Shown here piece by piece: positions 24,855-38,000 of a stretch of 64,000 bases of DNA (the first letter of the stretch is position 1; every line of letters begins with the position of its first letter). Location: assembly GCF_018350175.1 (NCBI RefSeq), contig NC_058368.1, positions 195,488,001-195,552,000 on the forward strand. Reading direction: 5' to 3'. The notes below the pieces were generated by a model. The model searched no databases and was not told the DNA's origin. It saw only the letters and a program-made list of their open reading frames with translations. The position numbers and the translations under genes were made by a program. Source of the stretch: Felis catus (lineage: Eukaryota).

Positions 24855-25719
24855 TGAATTGCCTGAAATTCTATGCAAAACTTTTTCTACGTGGGTATAC
24901 TGTCCTTCTCTCATGAAAGATGTTCAGGATAATCCCCATATTATTCCTTCCGATCTTTCCCAAAAGAGCGCACCTCGTCCCCCGACTTTTGAACCCTACA
25001 CACAACCCAGCCACCAACTCTAATTCCTCATTCCTCAACTCCCCCACCTCCACACTCTACCCTGACTGCACTCATGCTCTTCCTCCCCCCCACCCCCCCA
25101 CCCCCACCCCCACCCCCCCATAGTTGCTCCTCTCTGCCTCTCCTCTTCCTCTACATATGGCAAGGTAAGTAGTGGTCTCCCCATCACTGGAAGTACAAAA
25201 GCACAGACTGCACAAACACCTGCAGGGGACATTGTAAGAGACGTTTGTCTTAGTTGCAAGCAGCAGAAGCCGGCCTGGGACTCTAGGGTTCCTTTCAGCA
25301 TGAAGGTCCTTTGGCTGTGCTATTCCTCCTGGAATTCCTCTTCCCTCTCCTTACCCACCACAGTCTCTTACCTTCTTTAATCCTAATAATTTCCCCGAGG
25401 AGTACACAACTTAACATTAGCTTTATCACCTGTTTGCTATTGTTCTCCCTCTTTTTCTATGTATAGGTGTAATGTAAGAAAAAGAAAAGGCAGATTATAA
25501 CTAATTCAAGGACAAGACCTGAGTCTTCTTCCCTTTACGTTCGCTATGCCTTGTCCAAAAGGTGACCGATCATCCCAGTGGGCCCAGGACTGAGGGGACA
25601 TGGGACCTTCAGAGCTAAAAGTGCAGAAACACTGAGCAAACCAGGATGAGTGAGCCACCCCACTTGCCCAAGAAGAGGGCACATCGTACCTGCTCATTGA
25701 TTGGTAACTACGGTAGACA

Positions 25720-26110
25720 TTTCTGCTGTTGGCCAGTATTTCTGGTTCTCTCCTTCCGGGTACGTATTGTACTTTCCCGCCCCCTTGAAGCAGAGCATGA
25801 CTATGTGACTTGCTTTGGCCAATAAAATGTGAGTGGATTTCAGGTGTGTCACTTCTGAGCAGAAGCATTTAAGACCCTTTGCACCATTCCCTTCTATATG
25901 CTCTCCTCTTGCCCTGGCGAACCCTGAAGGCATAGGGTTGAAATGACTGCATCGTAGGACGGTGCAGAATGTCTGCGTACTGCAGGGCCCCCTGCCTCCC
26001 CACGCTGGACGTGGAGTGTGAACAAAACTTAGCTTTACTCGTGGTGAGTCACTGCAACTTATGTGTTTCATTACCGCAGTAGAACCTAACCTAACCTAAC
26101 CTGACTGGTA
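25720..26110 (+). mobile_element. MLT1-type MaLR LTR
   Basis: ATGTGACTTGCTTTGGCCAAT.AAATGTGAG...GTGTCACTTCTG motif typical of MLT1 LTRs. Confidence 0.7.
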
Positions 26111-26233
26111 CATCAACCCCTGAAAATTCCATTAGCCAACCTTATTCAAACTCAGGTTGCAAAGCAAAACACAACACAACAAACAAACAAAAACCTTGCA
26201 TGCTCGTGCATGAGCAGGGGAGGGGCAGAGAAA

Positions 26234-26279
<46 letters not shown>

Positions 26280-27329
26280 CCCAAGCAGGCTGCATGCTGT
26301 CAGTGCAGAGCAGGATATGGGGCTCAGTCTCACCAGCCACGAGATCGCGACCTGAGCCGAAGTGGCACACGTAACTGACTCAGCCGCCCAAGCACCCCGA
26401 TAATTTCTATTTCTAACTAAGATATCTGATACTGCAGACACTGCTGATTTGGGGACCACATTTTGTGAATCACTATCTTATATTATTCTTCCTTCCATGA
26501 GCCTAATATCATCTGGGTCTTTAGTTTCCTTTCTTAGAGCCTGCTACAATTTGGTCTTATAGTCTGTGGAGCGGGAATATGTGGTCTCATATTCTTTCCT
26601 CACTCACGACCGCGAGCACCTTTTACGTGGCCATACCTCCCCAAGTGTCTCGGGGCCTTGTATAATTTGCTAATACACACACACACATGCACACTGATTT
26701 TCAAAGTTAGGTGTGCTTTTTCTGCACTGCCACTCCCAGAAACCTCAGCTGGTAACAAAGTGAGGGTAAATAAAAGTTCTTTTCCCCGGGCATTGACATG
26801 TGATGTCCCTTATTCCCACCGCATCTGCCCGTCTGCTCCACAAGGTTGTTGTGATGGGCAACATCTATCCAGGATGGACAGAGTAGTACAGACGCTCGTG
26901 AACTGGAAAGAGCTATGGACCCAGAAGTGAGGAGGCATTACCACGGAACAAAGTATCATTATGTATTTGTAGGGACGTGGCTCGAAGCTTAGGTTCAGGA
27001 GTTAGAACGGGAATTTATTTGGGCTCTGGTACTTCCTAGTTTTGTGAGCTAAGGCAAATCACGTCTCTGATCCTCATCTTCGTAACCTGTAAAGTGGAAG
27101 GAATAATACCTTCGTGGCAAGGAGATGGGAAAAAATAAAGTAATATGTACAAAGTAGCCAGGGCAGACCCAGCTCCCAGTAAATGGTAGCTGTTGTGTTT
27201 ACTAAGTCATTGTTTTCATTTTTCTTCCTGGCCTTCTCTCTGCCAAGGGTCGGGGAAAACATCCATTGTTCATAGGGATCTTCTCTGCCCTGGCCCAAAG
27301 TTGTCACCATTTACGGAGAGTCTGGTCAC

Positions 27330-27870
27330 TTGCCGCGGGCGGTGCCACCGCGAACCCCGAGGCCCTGCTCTTCGGGTATTTACGGCGCGCGGCCGCCCCA
27401 GCTCCGACTCAAGTCTGCGCTTCCAGGTTCAGTTTCAGGGTCTCGCCGGCAGCCCCGGCCGGCGGGCGCGCAGCGGGCGGCGGGGCCCGGGCGGCTGGGT
27501 CCTCGGGGGCCCCCGGAGCAGGCAGGCGGCGTCCGGGAGTCCCCGGAGGAGGATGGGCTGCGGACACAGCCGGCCGAGCTGCTGCAAAGCCCCCAAAAAG
27601 GTAAAGGGCTCCGGCGGCGAAGTTTGCCTTCAGAGGGGAGGAGGGTGCGGAACCGCTCCGCCGCAGGGACTGTCGGCGCCGCCGGCCCCCCGCCGGTCCC
27701 CGCCCCGGGGTGCCAGGCGGAGGACGGCCAGAGGCCGACGCGGAGGGAGGCGGGGAAAGCTCGGCCGGGCGACGCTCTTTCCCCCACCAACCCCCCGGCC
27801 CCGGGCTGAGCCGCGCGGGGCAGCCGAGTTTAGCCACACGGCCCCCGGGCCCGGGAAGCGCAGCTAATTC
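27330..27870 (+). promoter_or_regulatory. CpG island / promoter and first exon region of CCDC69
   Basis: Very high GC and CpG density surrounding the CCDC69 start codon. Confidence 0.85.
27553..27600 (+). CDS. CCDC69: CCDC69 coding exon 1 (MGCGHSRPSCCKAPKK)
   Basis: aggATGg Kozak context; resembles human MGCRHSRLSSCKPPKK; donor AAG|GTAAAG at 27600/27601. Confidence 0.93.
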
Positions 27871-30800
27871 CGGCTGCCTGAGTAGGGAAATGTCTAGTGC
27901 TGTGGCAGGTGCCCTCTTCCTTCGGTCTGGGCGCAGCTTCGCTGTGTGGCCACGGACTAGTGACTTGACCTCTCTGGGCCTTCCGCTTTTCCCACCGTTG
28001 GGAGGCAGATTATCTCTAAGGCCGCTCCTCGCAGAATGGTCCACGGGTTTACGGCAGCGGCACCACCCGGGACCTGTTTGAAATGCAGACTCTCAGGCTC
28101 TTCCCCGGACCTGCCAAAATAGAACCTGACTTTTTTTTAACGAGATACCAGGTGCTCACAACAGGCTTTAAAGTTTGAGAAGCGCCGGTCTGGAGCCTCC
28201 TCGAGGCCCCAAAGCCGGTGCATGTGGGCTGTCCTGGGGGTAGCTGGGAGGGGCCAAAGAGGGAGGAGATCTGCAGCCTGCTGCTGCCCTTCCTTTCCTT
28301 CCTGTCCCTCCCCCGAGGGGCCTCGGAGCTGGGTTAGGACCCAGGAGACTCGACTCGGGTTTCTGACAGTGGGCCCAGCTGCCCCTTGAGGTCTGACCAG
28401 CCCAGAAGGTCAGAGCCTGGGGCCGGAGGACTGTCCTCGGGGGACAGCCCCGGGCACAGAGAGGGAAGAGGGGACCCTCAAGTTCTAGCTTCTCTTCCTA
28501 CTACTGCCTGCCTTTCTGCCAGGTGGGGACAGGTGGTCCCATAAACTTGATGAGCCTCTGGAGACCTTGAGAGGCTCCAAGCTGCCATAAAATGTAGTTA
28601 TTTTTCATAAAACTTGAGTCTCCCTGCTCTCTGCTCCTGCTTTGCTAAGGCCAGGGCAAGCTTTCCTGCCTTGTGCCTAGTTCTAGTTCAGGAAGATGAG
28701 CTTCCCCCCCAAGTACAATGCCTCTCCCACTTTCCTTGCTCCTCCTTTATTCCTAGTCCAGAAAACCTCACCAAGCTCTGACCCAGAAAGAGTCCCGTCT
28801 TCCCTTACTCCCACAGGGAAACTGAGGCTTGCCTGAAGCAGTGGAAGCAGAGGGCTGGCTGACGGGGATGGTGGACAGATAAAGCCGAGCCTGGCTTGCG
28901 ACTAGAATGAGCTGGTGATAGGCGGACGTCAGTTCTGGCTCTGCCATAAACAGGCTGTGTATCCCCGAGCAAGCCCTCAGCCCTCTCGGGGCCTCGGTTT
29001 CTCCCTCTGCGTGGAGAGGAAGAGAGATGAATGGGATGACTTCTAAGGGTCTGAGGGTCCGTGTTCTCTGACCCCGTGTCAGCATCTGAGTCTGCAAAGT
29101 GAGCCGAGTGTGATTTCCATCTAAGCAGGGACAGAAGGAGACTGGAAGAGGAGCCTGGTCTAGGCATGACCCTTCCAACAGTGAGCATGGGTTCCCTTGC
29201 CTCCTGGCCCTTCTGAGAGCCTTACCAGCTGTCCCTGTCTGTCCTTGGTACAGCCTGAACTGGACCCTCCCGCCTCAAGCTTTGAAGGGCAAGTCAAGTC
29301 CACACAGACTATCCGAGTGGGAAAGGGCCCTGGGTACCGCCTGGGCTGATATACCCAGTATACAGATGGGAGGTTAAGGCCTGGAGAAGGGAAGGAGTAA
29401 CTTAGAGCCGACCCCGGGTATCCAGCCCCCTAGTCCAGTGCTCTTTGTCCCCACCCCAACTCTGTGCTTCATGTGGCTTCTTAGTGATTCCAAAGCCCTT
29501 TGGCATCAAAGCCTTCACTCTGTGGCCTCAGGGCAGTCTGGCCTTCCTTCCCTGCCCCAGCAACACCAGGCCCCTGCCCCTGTGCGGCAGGACTTACAGG
29601 CCAGTTCTGTTTAAAGTTCATGCCTGTTTCCATCCCTGCAGGCTGTGCTCCTGCCCAATGTCTTATCCAAGGATGCTCCCAAGGCCATCCTCACAGGCTG
29701 TCAGTCCCCTGGGGGGACACAGGGCTCTAAGGAGGGGAGGTGCAAAGATGAGCTCAGACTACAGAAGGGTCAGATCGAGGCAACGATGACTCACCCTTAG
29801 AGGCAGTTGACAGAGTACTCACGCTCACATCCTGCGGGCCTCGCAAAAGCCCTGGGAGCTAGGCTGAGCTGCAGGGTCTTCACCACTCCACAGGTGAGGA
29901 CACCAAGGTTCAGAGAGGCGTGATGTGTCCAAAGTCATAGAGCCGGCTGGGGATAAAGCTGTGCAGCTGAGCTTGGTTTGCCGCACCCGGCCTGATGCTC
30001 ATCGCCGGTACAGAGCAGGTGCTGTGGAAATATTTGAGTGAGCAAATGGGGGCAAACAAGAGCCAGGCTAAGCCAGGGTGAGCCTGGGGTGCAACAATAG
30101 TACCTCCTTCAGCCTCAAGAGATACAGGACGGCTCCTTGGATTGGGGCAAAGGGGGGTGTGGGGATGCCTTGACTGAGTGCTGAAGGTTTGGGAGGAGTT
30201 ACAGTCGAGGCAGAGGGAAGAGCCTGAGCCAAGGCTGAACCAGAGAGAGCCCAGTATGGTGGGGCTCCTTGGGGAGAGTGGATGTGACAGGCGGCGAGGA
30301 ATGAGTCCGGAACTTTCAGCGGGGACTACCCTGGCTACGGACAGGGGCTTGACCACTAGGACCTCTCTGTCCTTCTAAGTTCAGGGATGAGAGGGTTTGC
30401 TGAGTTCTGTAGTCTCCTGTGCCTGGTGGCCTTAGCTGAGAGACCCGGCCTGAGGCTAAGCCACTGATTGGGACGAGTTGACATCCTGACGAATGCCTGA
30501 GTGGGGATCGCTGGCAGCTGGGTGCTGTGGAGCCATCTGCACCACGTGGTCCTTCCTAAACCCATCTTGACTGAGACCATGGGTGATGTGGTCATGTCCC
30601 CAGGAGGCCTTGGACGGAGGATGGACAGAGGGGAGGGACCAAGGAAACAAATTTTCCATGGACTTGCCTGTAGAAGTGACACGGGAGTACAGAGGGACCT
30701 TCCATCCCCAGTAGCTTACCAGGGATGGGGAGGGGCTCCCAGTGCCTTGCGGTGGCCCCCCTGTGTGTGTGCCTGGCATGATGTCAGAACTGCCCAGTGC

Positions 30801-33800
30801 CCCGGGCTTTGGCTCTGGCCCCGGCACCTCAGCCCTGAGTAGAGTGTCAGAGAACTCACTTGGTCCTGCTCCCACAGCTGGGTCCTCAATGGGTGTCTTT
30901 CAGGAGCCCTTCAGGAACACTTCCGGGTAGCAGGCCAGGAGAGAGAGAGAGGGAGGGCTGCAGAAGTGATTGACGTGGAAGAGCCCAGGCCTAGGCAGAA
31001 ATAATTCCGAAACAAAACCATGGACGCTAAGGGTGTGGGCTTTAGAGCTGGGTTCACGCATTGTTTTCTTCCCTCGGCACAGCAGGCTCTGGGCTAGGTG
31101 CTGCTTCAGTCCTGGCTGTGTCGCAGGTCCATGAAGTGACTGTGGAAAGGACGTGGCTTCTTCGTGCCTCGGTTTCTCCATCTGTAAGATAGGCATGAGA
31201 TTAGCTGCCAGGTCATAGGGTTGTTCTAGAGATTAGATGAAAGAATGCATGCAGGAGAGTCCCTGATACACGGGCTGGCAAGTAGTGCGCTGTTGATAAG
31301 AGGGCGTGTGCATAATGTCAAAAGGGAGACCCAGTTATACTTTAAGGACATCACTGCCTGGATTGGACCCGAAGAAAGCAAACAGGGATGTGAGAGACAG
31401 GGGGACATGAATGTCCTTGGAAGGCTTTGGGGTTGGGGCAATGAAGCCTGGAGCCTGGCCGTTACCTCCAACCCTCTGAAGCGTTGCCAAGGGGGCTTGG
31501 GGAGCAGCCTTGTTCTCTGTTGTTCCAGAAGGCAGAATTGTGACCAGTGAGGGGAAGTTAAAGGAAGCCAGATTCTACTTCTCATGGGGAAGAAAGGTAG
31601 CGAGTTCTCCGTCTCTGGAGGAGTTCAAGCAGAGGTCAGGTGACATTTTGGCAAGAACAGAAGGGGGGATTAGGCCTAGCAAATATTTAGGATTCCGCTT
31701 AAGAAATCTAATTCTGATTATTATAATGTTTAAGGCAAAATTTCGGAACTTGGAAAAACAAAGAACTTTAAAAATCACTTTTAATCCCACCATTAAGACA
31801 TAGCCTCTGTGTATATTTCGGTGTCATTCTATTTTCCCTACTATATATATAATATACATGAGGGTGACTATTTTTACACAATTGGGAATATATATATATT
31901 TTTCTAGAGAGTGCGCATGTGGGTACAAGCAGGGGAGGGGCAGAGGGAGTGGTAGAGATTATCTTAAGCAGGCTCCACACTCAGCAGGGATCCATGACCC
32001 TGGGATCATGACCTGAGCCAGAATCGAGAGTTGGATGCTCAACCGACTGAGTCACCCCCATGCCCCAGGAATATATTTTAAAGTGGCTGTACTCTAGTTA
32101 ATATTTTGCTGGGTGCATTTTTGTTAAATCGTCCACGGAAACATGATTTTTAATGGCCACCTAATATTCTGTGGATGTTCCATGGCTTATTTAACCAGTT
32201 TGGACCCTTGGTTGCTTATATGCCCTAGTCCTGTGCTCATTTTTCATGAGCATCTTTGTGGTTTCATGCTAAGGAGGGAGAGGGTGGCTTTGAGCTCAGA
32301 GGGGAGCAGAGGGACTGAGGGGTGGCTTCCTGAGACAGCTGGGTTTTGAAGGTTGGTGGAATGGGGGCTGGACAGTTGTTTTGGGGTAAGTGGGAAATAG
32401 GAAAGTCCGGGCCCCTGACATCTGGTCAGTAGGAACAGGGCAAATCTGACCTTTTAGCTTCGTTTGCTGAGGGTGGGGTGGTCGGGAGTATGAAAGGAAG
32501 CTGACTTTCCTGGGCACCGAGCCCTCTGCCCCAAGCATCGTGGAGACGTTGGTGTGTATGTAGCCTCCGAGCTAATGATTTTTGCCCAATCCGTAAAATC
32601 ATGCCAGCTAAAGCCCTTACGGGCTTCCATACATATGCATTCTGAAAATCTTGTGAGATTGAAAGCCAGATTTCTGTTTTATAAAGGGACATCTGTACCC
32701 TGTGACCTAAGACGATTAGAAAAATTTCTAATAATCCTTGCCTTAGAGACTCAATCTTTGGCAACACATTTTCTGCACATGTACATGTTTTTAATTCTGT
32801 TCTTTTCCTTTGTAGTTGAATTCCCAGGTGGCTGGCACATAGGTCCCTCAAGGGCCCCCAGCCACCTAAAGACTTGCATCTTTGCCAAAATTGGGTGTTG
32901 AGTTTGGGGCCTGGGCTTCATGTCTTTTGTTGTTGTTGTTGTTGTAAAGAGAACACGAAAGATAAAACTTCAAATTAGTTGCCCAGAAGCAGGCTGCTAT
33001 GTCGGTCAAGCTGGTGACACTCTTGGGCCGGGGCGGGGGCAGGGGCGGGGGGGGGGGGGGGAATGGCCACCTGACCTCTCAGTATTGGTAGATCAGGTAG
33101 TAAACGAGTGTCTGAAATCTGCCTAGGAAAGGGTTTCTAAAGGGCCTCGGTAAAACATTCATGTTCGAAGAAGAAACCGGGAAAAAGTAGGAACACCCTC
33201 CAATAAAAGGAAGAACCTGATGGTTGGCCCGAGTTCTGGGGGCACTTGGGGTCCCATCTTTGTCTTCTCAGTGTCCTCCACCCTCAGAGCACTGTGAACC
33301 GTGCAGGATGACCTGGAGGGAGAGCAGGACCCGGAGGGAGAGCAGGGGGAGCCCCTGTGAGTACACCGTGGGCAGAGAGAAGGCGCAAGAGAGCATCCAT
33401 CCTTCTTCAGCGTGTGGAGATCTAAACCTGCCCATGACCTGAAGACAAGTCACCTGGCATTTCTCGCCAGGTGAATTTTAATCCCTGAAAATCGTTGATC
33501 TTGTCACTTTATTTTCAAACCTGAACCTTCCCGAACATCTAGGCCAGATGCCTTACAATACCTAAAACACCCCTCCCACGGCCATGCTTTCCCCCGGATA
33601 AGTGATGTACAACCTGACCTACTTCCACGTCTCCCTCTCCCCCAATGGTGGAGCTCTTTCACTGAGTGTGCCAGAACCTTGTAGACCTCCTTGCCATTTC
33701 TCCACGGCTCCACACCACCCTACCTGCTGCCGCTCCTTAAGCAGGTAGGCAATAGCCTTGACATCAGGAAATTTATCTGTACTGGAAATTTATCTCTACC

Positions 33801-33809
33801 CCCCCCCCA

Positions 33810-34195
33810 ACTCATGTGTACCTAGAACCCATGAATGTGACCTTATTTTGGAGATGGGATCCAGTTAGGATGAGGTCATACTGGATTAGGATGGGCCTTC
33901 ATCCAATGACAGTTATCCTCATAAGAAAAGGAAAATTTGGACAGGGAGAAGGCCATGCGGTAACAGAAGCAGAGATTGGAAGGATGCGGACGCACAGGCC
34001 AAGGGACACCAAGACTTGCTGGCAACTGCCAGAAGCCAGGAGAAGGAGCTAGGACGGATTCTTCCTCAGAACCTCCAGAAGGAACCCACTCACCTGACAA
34101 CCTTGCTTTTGGACTTGTAGCCTCCAGAACTGTGGGAGAGCACACTTCGTTTTAAGGCTCCGTCTTTGTGGTGATTTGCTGCAGCAGCCCTGGGG
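33810..34195 (+). mobile_element. MLT1-type MaLR LTR
   Basis: GAATGTGACCTTATTT, GATGAGGTCATACTGGATTAGG, GCCTCCAGAACTGTG motifs. Confidence 0.8.
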
Positions 34196-34607
34196 AGCTT
34201 GTATGTCTTCGGGTTAATGGCTCCCACCCTCGCGCTCAGCCTTCGCCCCTGCCTTGCCAGCAGTCAAGGTGGACAGCCAGAGCCCACCCTTGGACCCATG
34301 GCTCACCAGAAGAGTAGGGGGCGTGGCAAACGCGGAGGTGCTTGGACGAGGAGGCCCAGATGCTTTTGGCCACCGGCCACCGGCCGCGGCACCTGCGGAG
34401 GAAAGGGCCGCCCTGGGAGTCAGCAGCGGACTGACTCCTGCCTCTTCCACTAACTTGCTGTGGGATGGCAGATAGGAAGTTCTCTCCCTGGGCCCTGGCT
34501 TCTCCATCTGTAAAAGGGCTGCGGTGGCTGCTTTTAGGCTCAGAGAGAGGTGTTTCTTCTCGTTAATTTCTTTGCACACAAGTAAAGTTTACATACACTG
34601 TTGTGGG

Positions 34608-35098
34608 TTTTTTAAATTTATTTTTTATGTTTTTACTTTATTTTTGAGAGAGAGAGAGACAGAGACAGAGCATGAGTAGGGGAGGGGCAGAGAGAGAGAG
34701 GGAGACACAGAATGTGATGCGGGCTCCAGGCTCCAAGCTGTCAGCACAGAGCCCAACGCGGGGCTCGAACCCATGAACCGTGAGATCATGACCTGAGCTG
34801 AAGTCGGATGCTTAACCGACTGAGCTACCCGGGCGCCCCAGAATACACTGTTGTTTAAAAAGTCCTAAGAAAAGGGGCGCCTGGGTGGCGCAGTCAGTTA
34901 AGCGTCCGACTTCAGCCAGGTCACGATCTCGCGGTCCGTGAGTTCGAGCCCCGCGTCAGGCTCTGGGCTGATGGCTCAGAGCCTGGAGCCTGTTTCCGAT
35001 TCTGTGTCTCCCTCTCTCTGCCCCTCCCCCGTTCATGCTCTGTCTCTCTCTGTCCCAAAAATAAATAAACGTTGAAAAAAAAAATTAAAAAAAAAAAA
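34608..35098. mobile_element. Head-to-head Can-SINE pair (minus about 34608-34839; young plus 34874-35098 with TSD AAAAGTCCTAAGAA)
   Basis: Two near-full-length SINEs in opposite orientation about 35 bp apart. Confidence 0.9.
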
Positions 35099-38000
35099 GT
35101 CCTAAGAATTAAGGTCAAACTAATGCTACCCCTCCTTGGCCACAGCAATCTTCGTCCTTTCTCTGGAGATGACAAACAAGTGCCATCAACTTGTGCTTTT
35201 CTTGGCCCTTTACTCTGTTCTTTTGTGCGCAGTAGAAATAGTTTGTTTGCATATTGGTGGTCTACCAGATGCCTTTCCAACTGGGTATGTAACACATGCT
35301 TCAGTTTTTAAACTTACAAGTGACATCGCAGAGTATTATGTATCTTAGTGTATCGAGCCAGCCCCCACTACAGACGTGAGGCTGGTTTCCAGTGTGTTTC
35401 TGTTACAAACGACTCTGCTGTGAGTGCCCTGGAGGTGCCGTGTCCTCACTGACAGGCGCCTCTCTGCTAAGCACCGCGATTGCACGGGGGTGGGGTATGC
35501 CGCCTGTAAGCTGGGGTGGCTGCTGAGGTCCCCGTCAGCTTGCCCTTCCTTTTATTGCCTCCCCACGGGGGCTGCTCGAGAACAGAGGGTGGTGTGAAGG
35601 GTGCAGGACACCCACCCAGGCCCTCCTGAGCAAAGGCACCTCCTTTCTTGTCCTCTGGAGAAGCCAGCCCTCTTCATGCAGGGGTTGACGGCTGAGTGTG
35701 TCAGATCACCTGCCCTGCTCTGCCCGGAGCAAACGAGTGTGACGGGATTGATACAGGATGAGGTGTCCGGATGACCTCCCTCTGCCCCTTCTTCTACATC
35801 CCAAGCGTGTCAAAACCAGAAGGACTCCGATGTATCCCATTGCCCAACTCCGTGCCAGAAAGAGGAGGAAACAGAAGCCCAGAGACGGTAGGGTACTTTC
35901 CCAAGGTCACACAGCAGGCACGTGGCAAGCCAGGGTTTTGACTCTGAACACCCACTGGGGAGTTTGCCATTGGGTTGGGGAGCAAGGTGGCTGTCTGGCA
36001 GGGTTACCTGTGCTCTCGGCACGTCTCTTGCCCTGCCCCGGCCACTGACGTCGTTCTCTGCCCCACTCCTTCAGGGTCTCAGACTGACCCAAATGCCAGA
36101 AATGGTGCAGACTGCCGTGTCCAGCACCAGGCCCTCTAAGGTGATCAGAACTGGCAGATGCCCTGGGAAGCTGGTAGGGGGCCGGAAAAGGTAGGCTCTG
36201 GGGAGGAAGAAAAGGAATGTGGTGCATTGGAAAGCCTTTGTCTGGGCCTCAGCCTCTGTCTGTGAATGAGGATGAGCTCTGCATTCAAGGCCTGCCGCGC
36301 CGACTGCCATGGTCTGACTCAGTAGTGCTGGTGCTTGAGAGGCAGGTGGTTCTGTCCTCCCCTGAGGTCTCATTCATCAGTCGATCAGATAGGAGCAGTC
36401 GAGACCACATCCGCCCCTGACTGGGGTGCTCTGGGGCATCACAGGTGTTCAGAGAATAGGCGGTGGCCCCCCAGCACAGCCGAGTGCAGGCTGGCCCTCC
36501 TCCCTTTAGGTCGGTCGTATCACCACACTGATCTGTATCCCCGGGGCAGTCAGTTGTGGCTGACCCCACGCTGTATGATGTGAACAAATTGAACAAAATC
36601 TTCACCGCCCCAGGTACTGAGAAAATGAAATCAAATTCTGGCATTACTTTGGCAAAATACTTCTGCCCATTTTAGAGGTAGGGAAGCTGAGGCCTGTGTG
36701 TATGGTGATCAGAGCCTCTGTGATTTGGGTGGGAACGCTAATTTCTCAACAGCCCTGAACTTTTAGGCCTTGCCTTTCCTCCCGCTTCTGGAGGGGGCCC
36801 TTGGGGCCTCCACCCCAACCTCCTTCCTGCCTCTACCTCAGCCAATAGGCTTGGCCTGTGGTTGGTAAGCTTCTGAAACTACTGGTGTGGGGCCCCACCC
36901 ACGCTGAGTCCAGACACAGGAAAGGCAGCTCAGATACTGCAGGGACTGAGTCCCTCGAGGCCCCAAATCATCTATCCCCTACACTTCAGCTACTGGGATC
37001 AATCTGGTGTTTGCATAAAGGAAACGGAAGGGCCTCCAGCCTCCTTGAATCCGGGTTCTCATTAGGGCTCTGCTCCCCTGCTTTGAGGCCTCTGGCAAAT
37101 GCTGCCCATCCCACCGCTGGACCTCAGGTTTTCCATCTGGAAATAGGAGGTGGGGATTGGAATACACTGTCTCCAGGGGCCCTTCCAATCCTGCCTTCTG
37201 GGTCCCAGGAAGCGTTCCTCAGCCAGAATAGGTGTGATAGAACTATGTGGCCAAGGCAAGTTAGGGGACAGGAAAGGAACAGGTAACTAAAGGGTCCTTT
37301 GATTACTGAACTCTCTAAGCTAAGCAGGAATAATGAGGGCATATGTCATACCACTCCATCAGAAATACACAAAGCCCAAAGGCCCACGGAAAGCATGGAG
37401 TGATGGTCCCCACAGCGAGGATAGTGATGGTCCTAAAGTGTCTTCAGGAGGCTGAGCTATCCTCAGGGCTGCCCTTGGCTTCCACCGTAGCAGGAGTCCC
37501 AAGGTGAGGAAGAGCTGGGCAGCTCCATCCGAGCTCCTTCTGCCTTACTCACTCTTGCCTGGTGCGGCTCACAATTTGAGGGAAGTAGACTATGGAAATT
37601 CACCTGTACTACAAAGTACTACAACCCGGGTAATACTCAACAGAGCCCTCTGATACAACGTTAATGCTGGTGGGTTTCACATCCCATCTGCACTTTATGC
37701 TTAGCGGAGGTCTTTCCTTGCTGAACATCAAGGATACTTCACAGAATTTCAGACTGTTGGAGTTGAAGGTCCGCTGTGATCTCTCAGTCCAACCTGCGAA
37801 ATGAAGGTTGCCTCTTCTTGCACGCTACCAGTGACGGAGAACTCACTACCACCGCCAAACCCCAACCTCTAGTAAGGCAGCTTATCTCTGTTCCGGGGAC
37901 AGTTCTGAAATTCTTCTTCATGCTGAACTGAAACTTCTTGAAACTTCTAGTCCTCAGCCACAGTCCTGCCCTCCAAGGCTGTGGGCCACACACTAGAGCT

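Noticed and set aside
27193..28081. Long overlapping Gly/Pro/Arg-rich ORFs (up to 224 aa) on both strands
   Set aside because: Stop-codon depletion in the CpG island; only 27553-27600 has splice and homology support.
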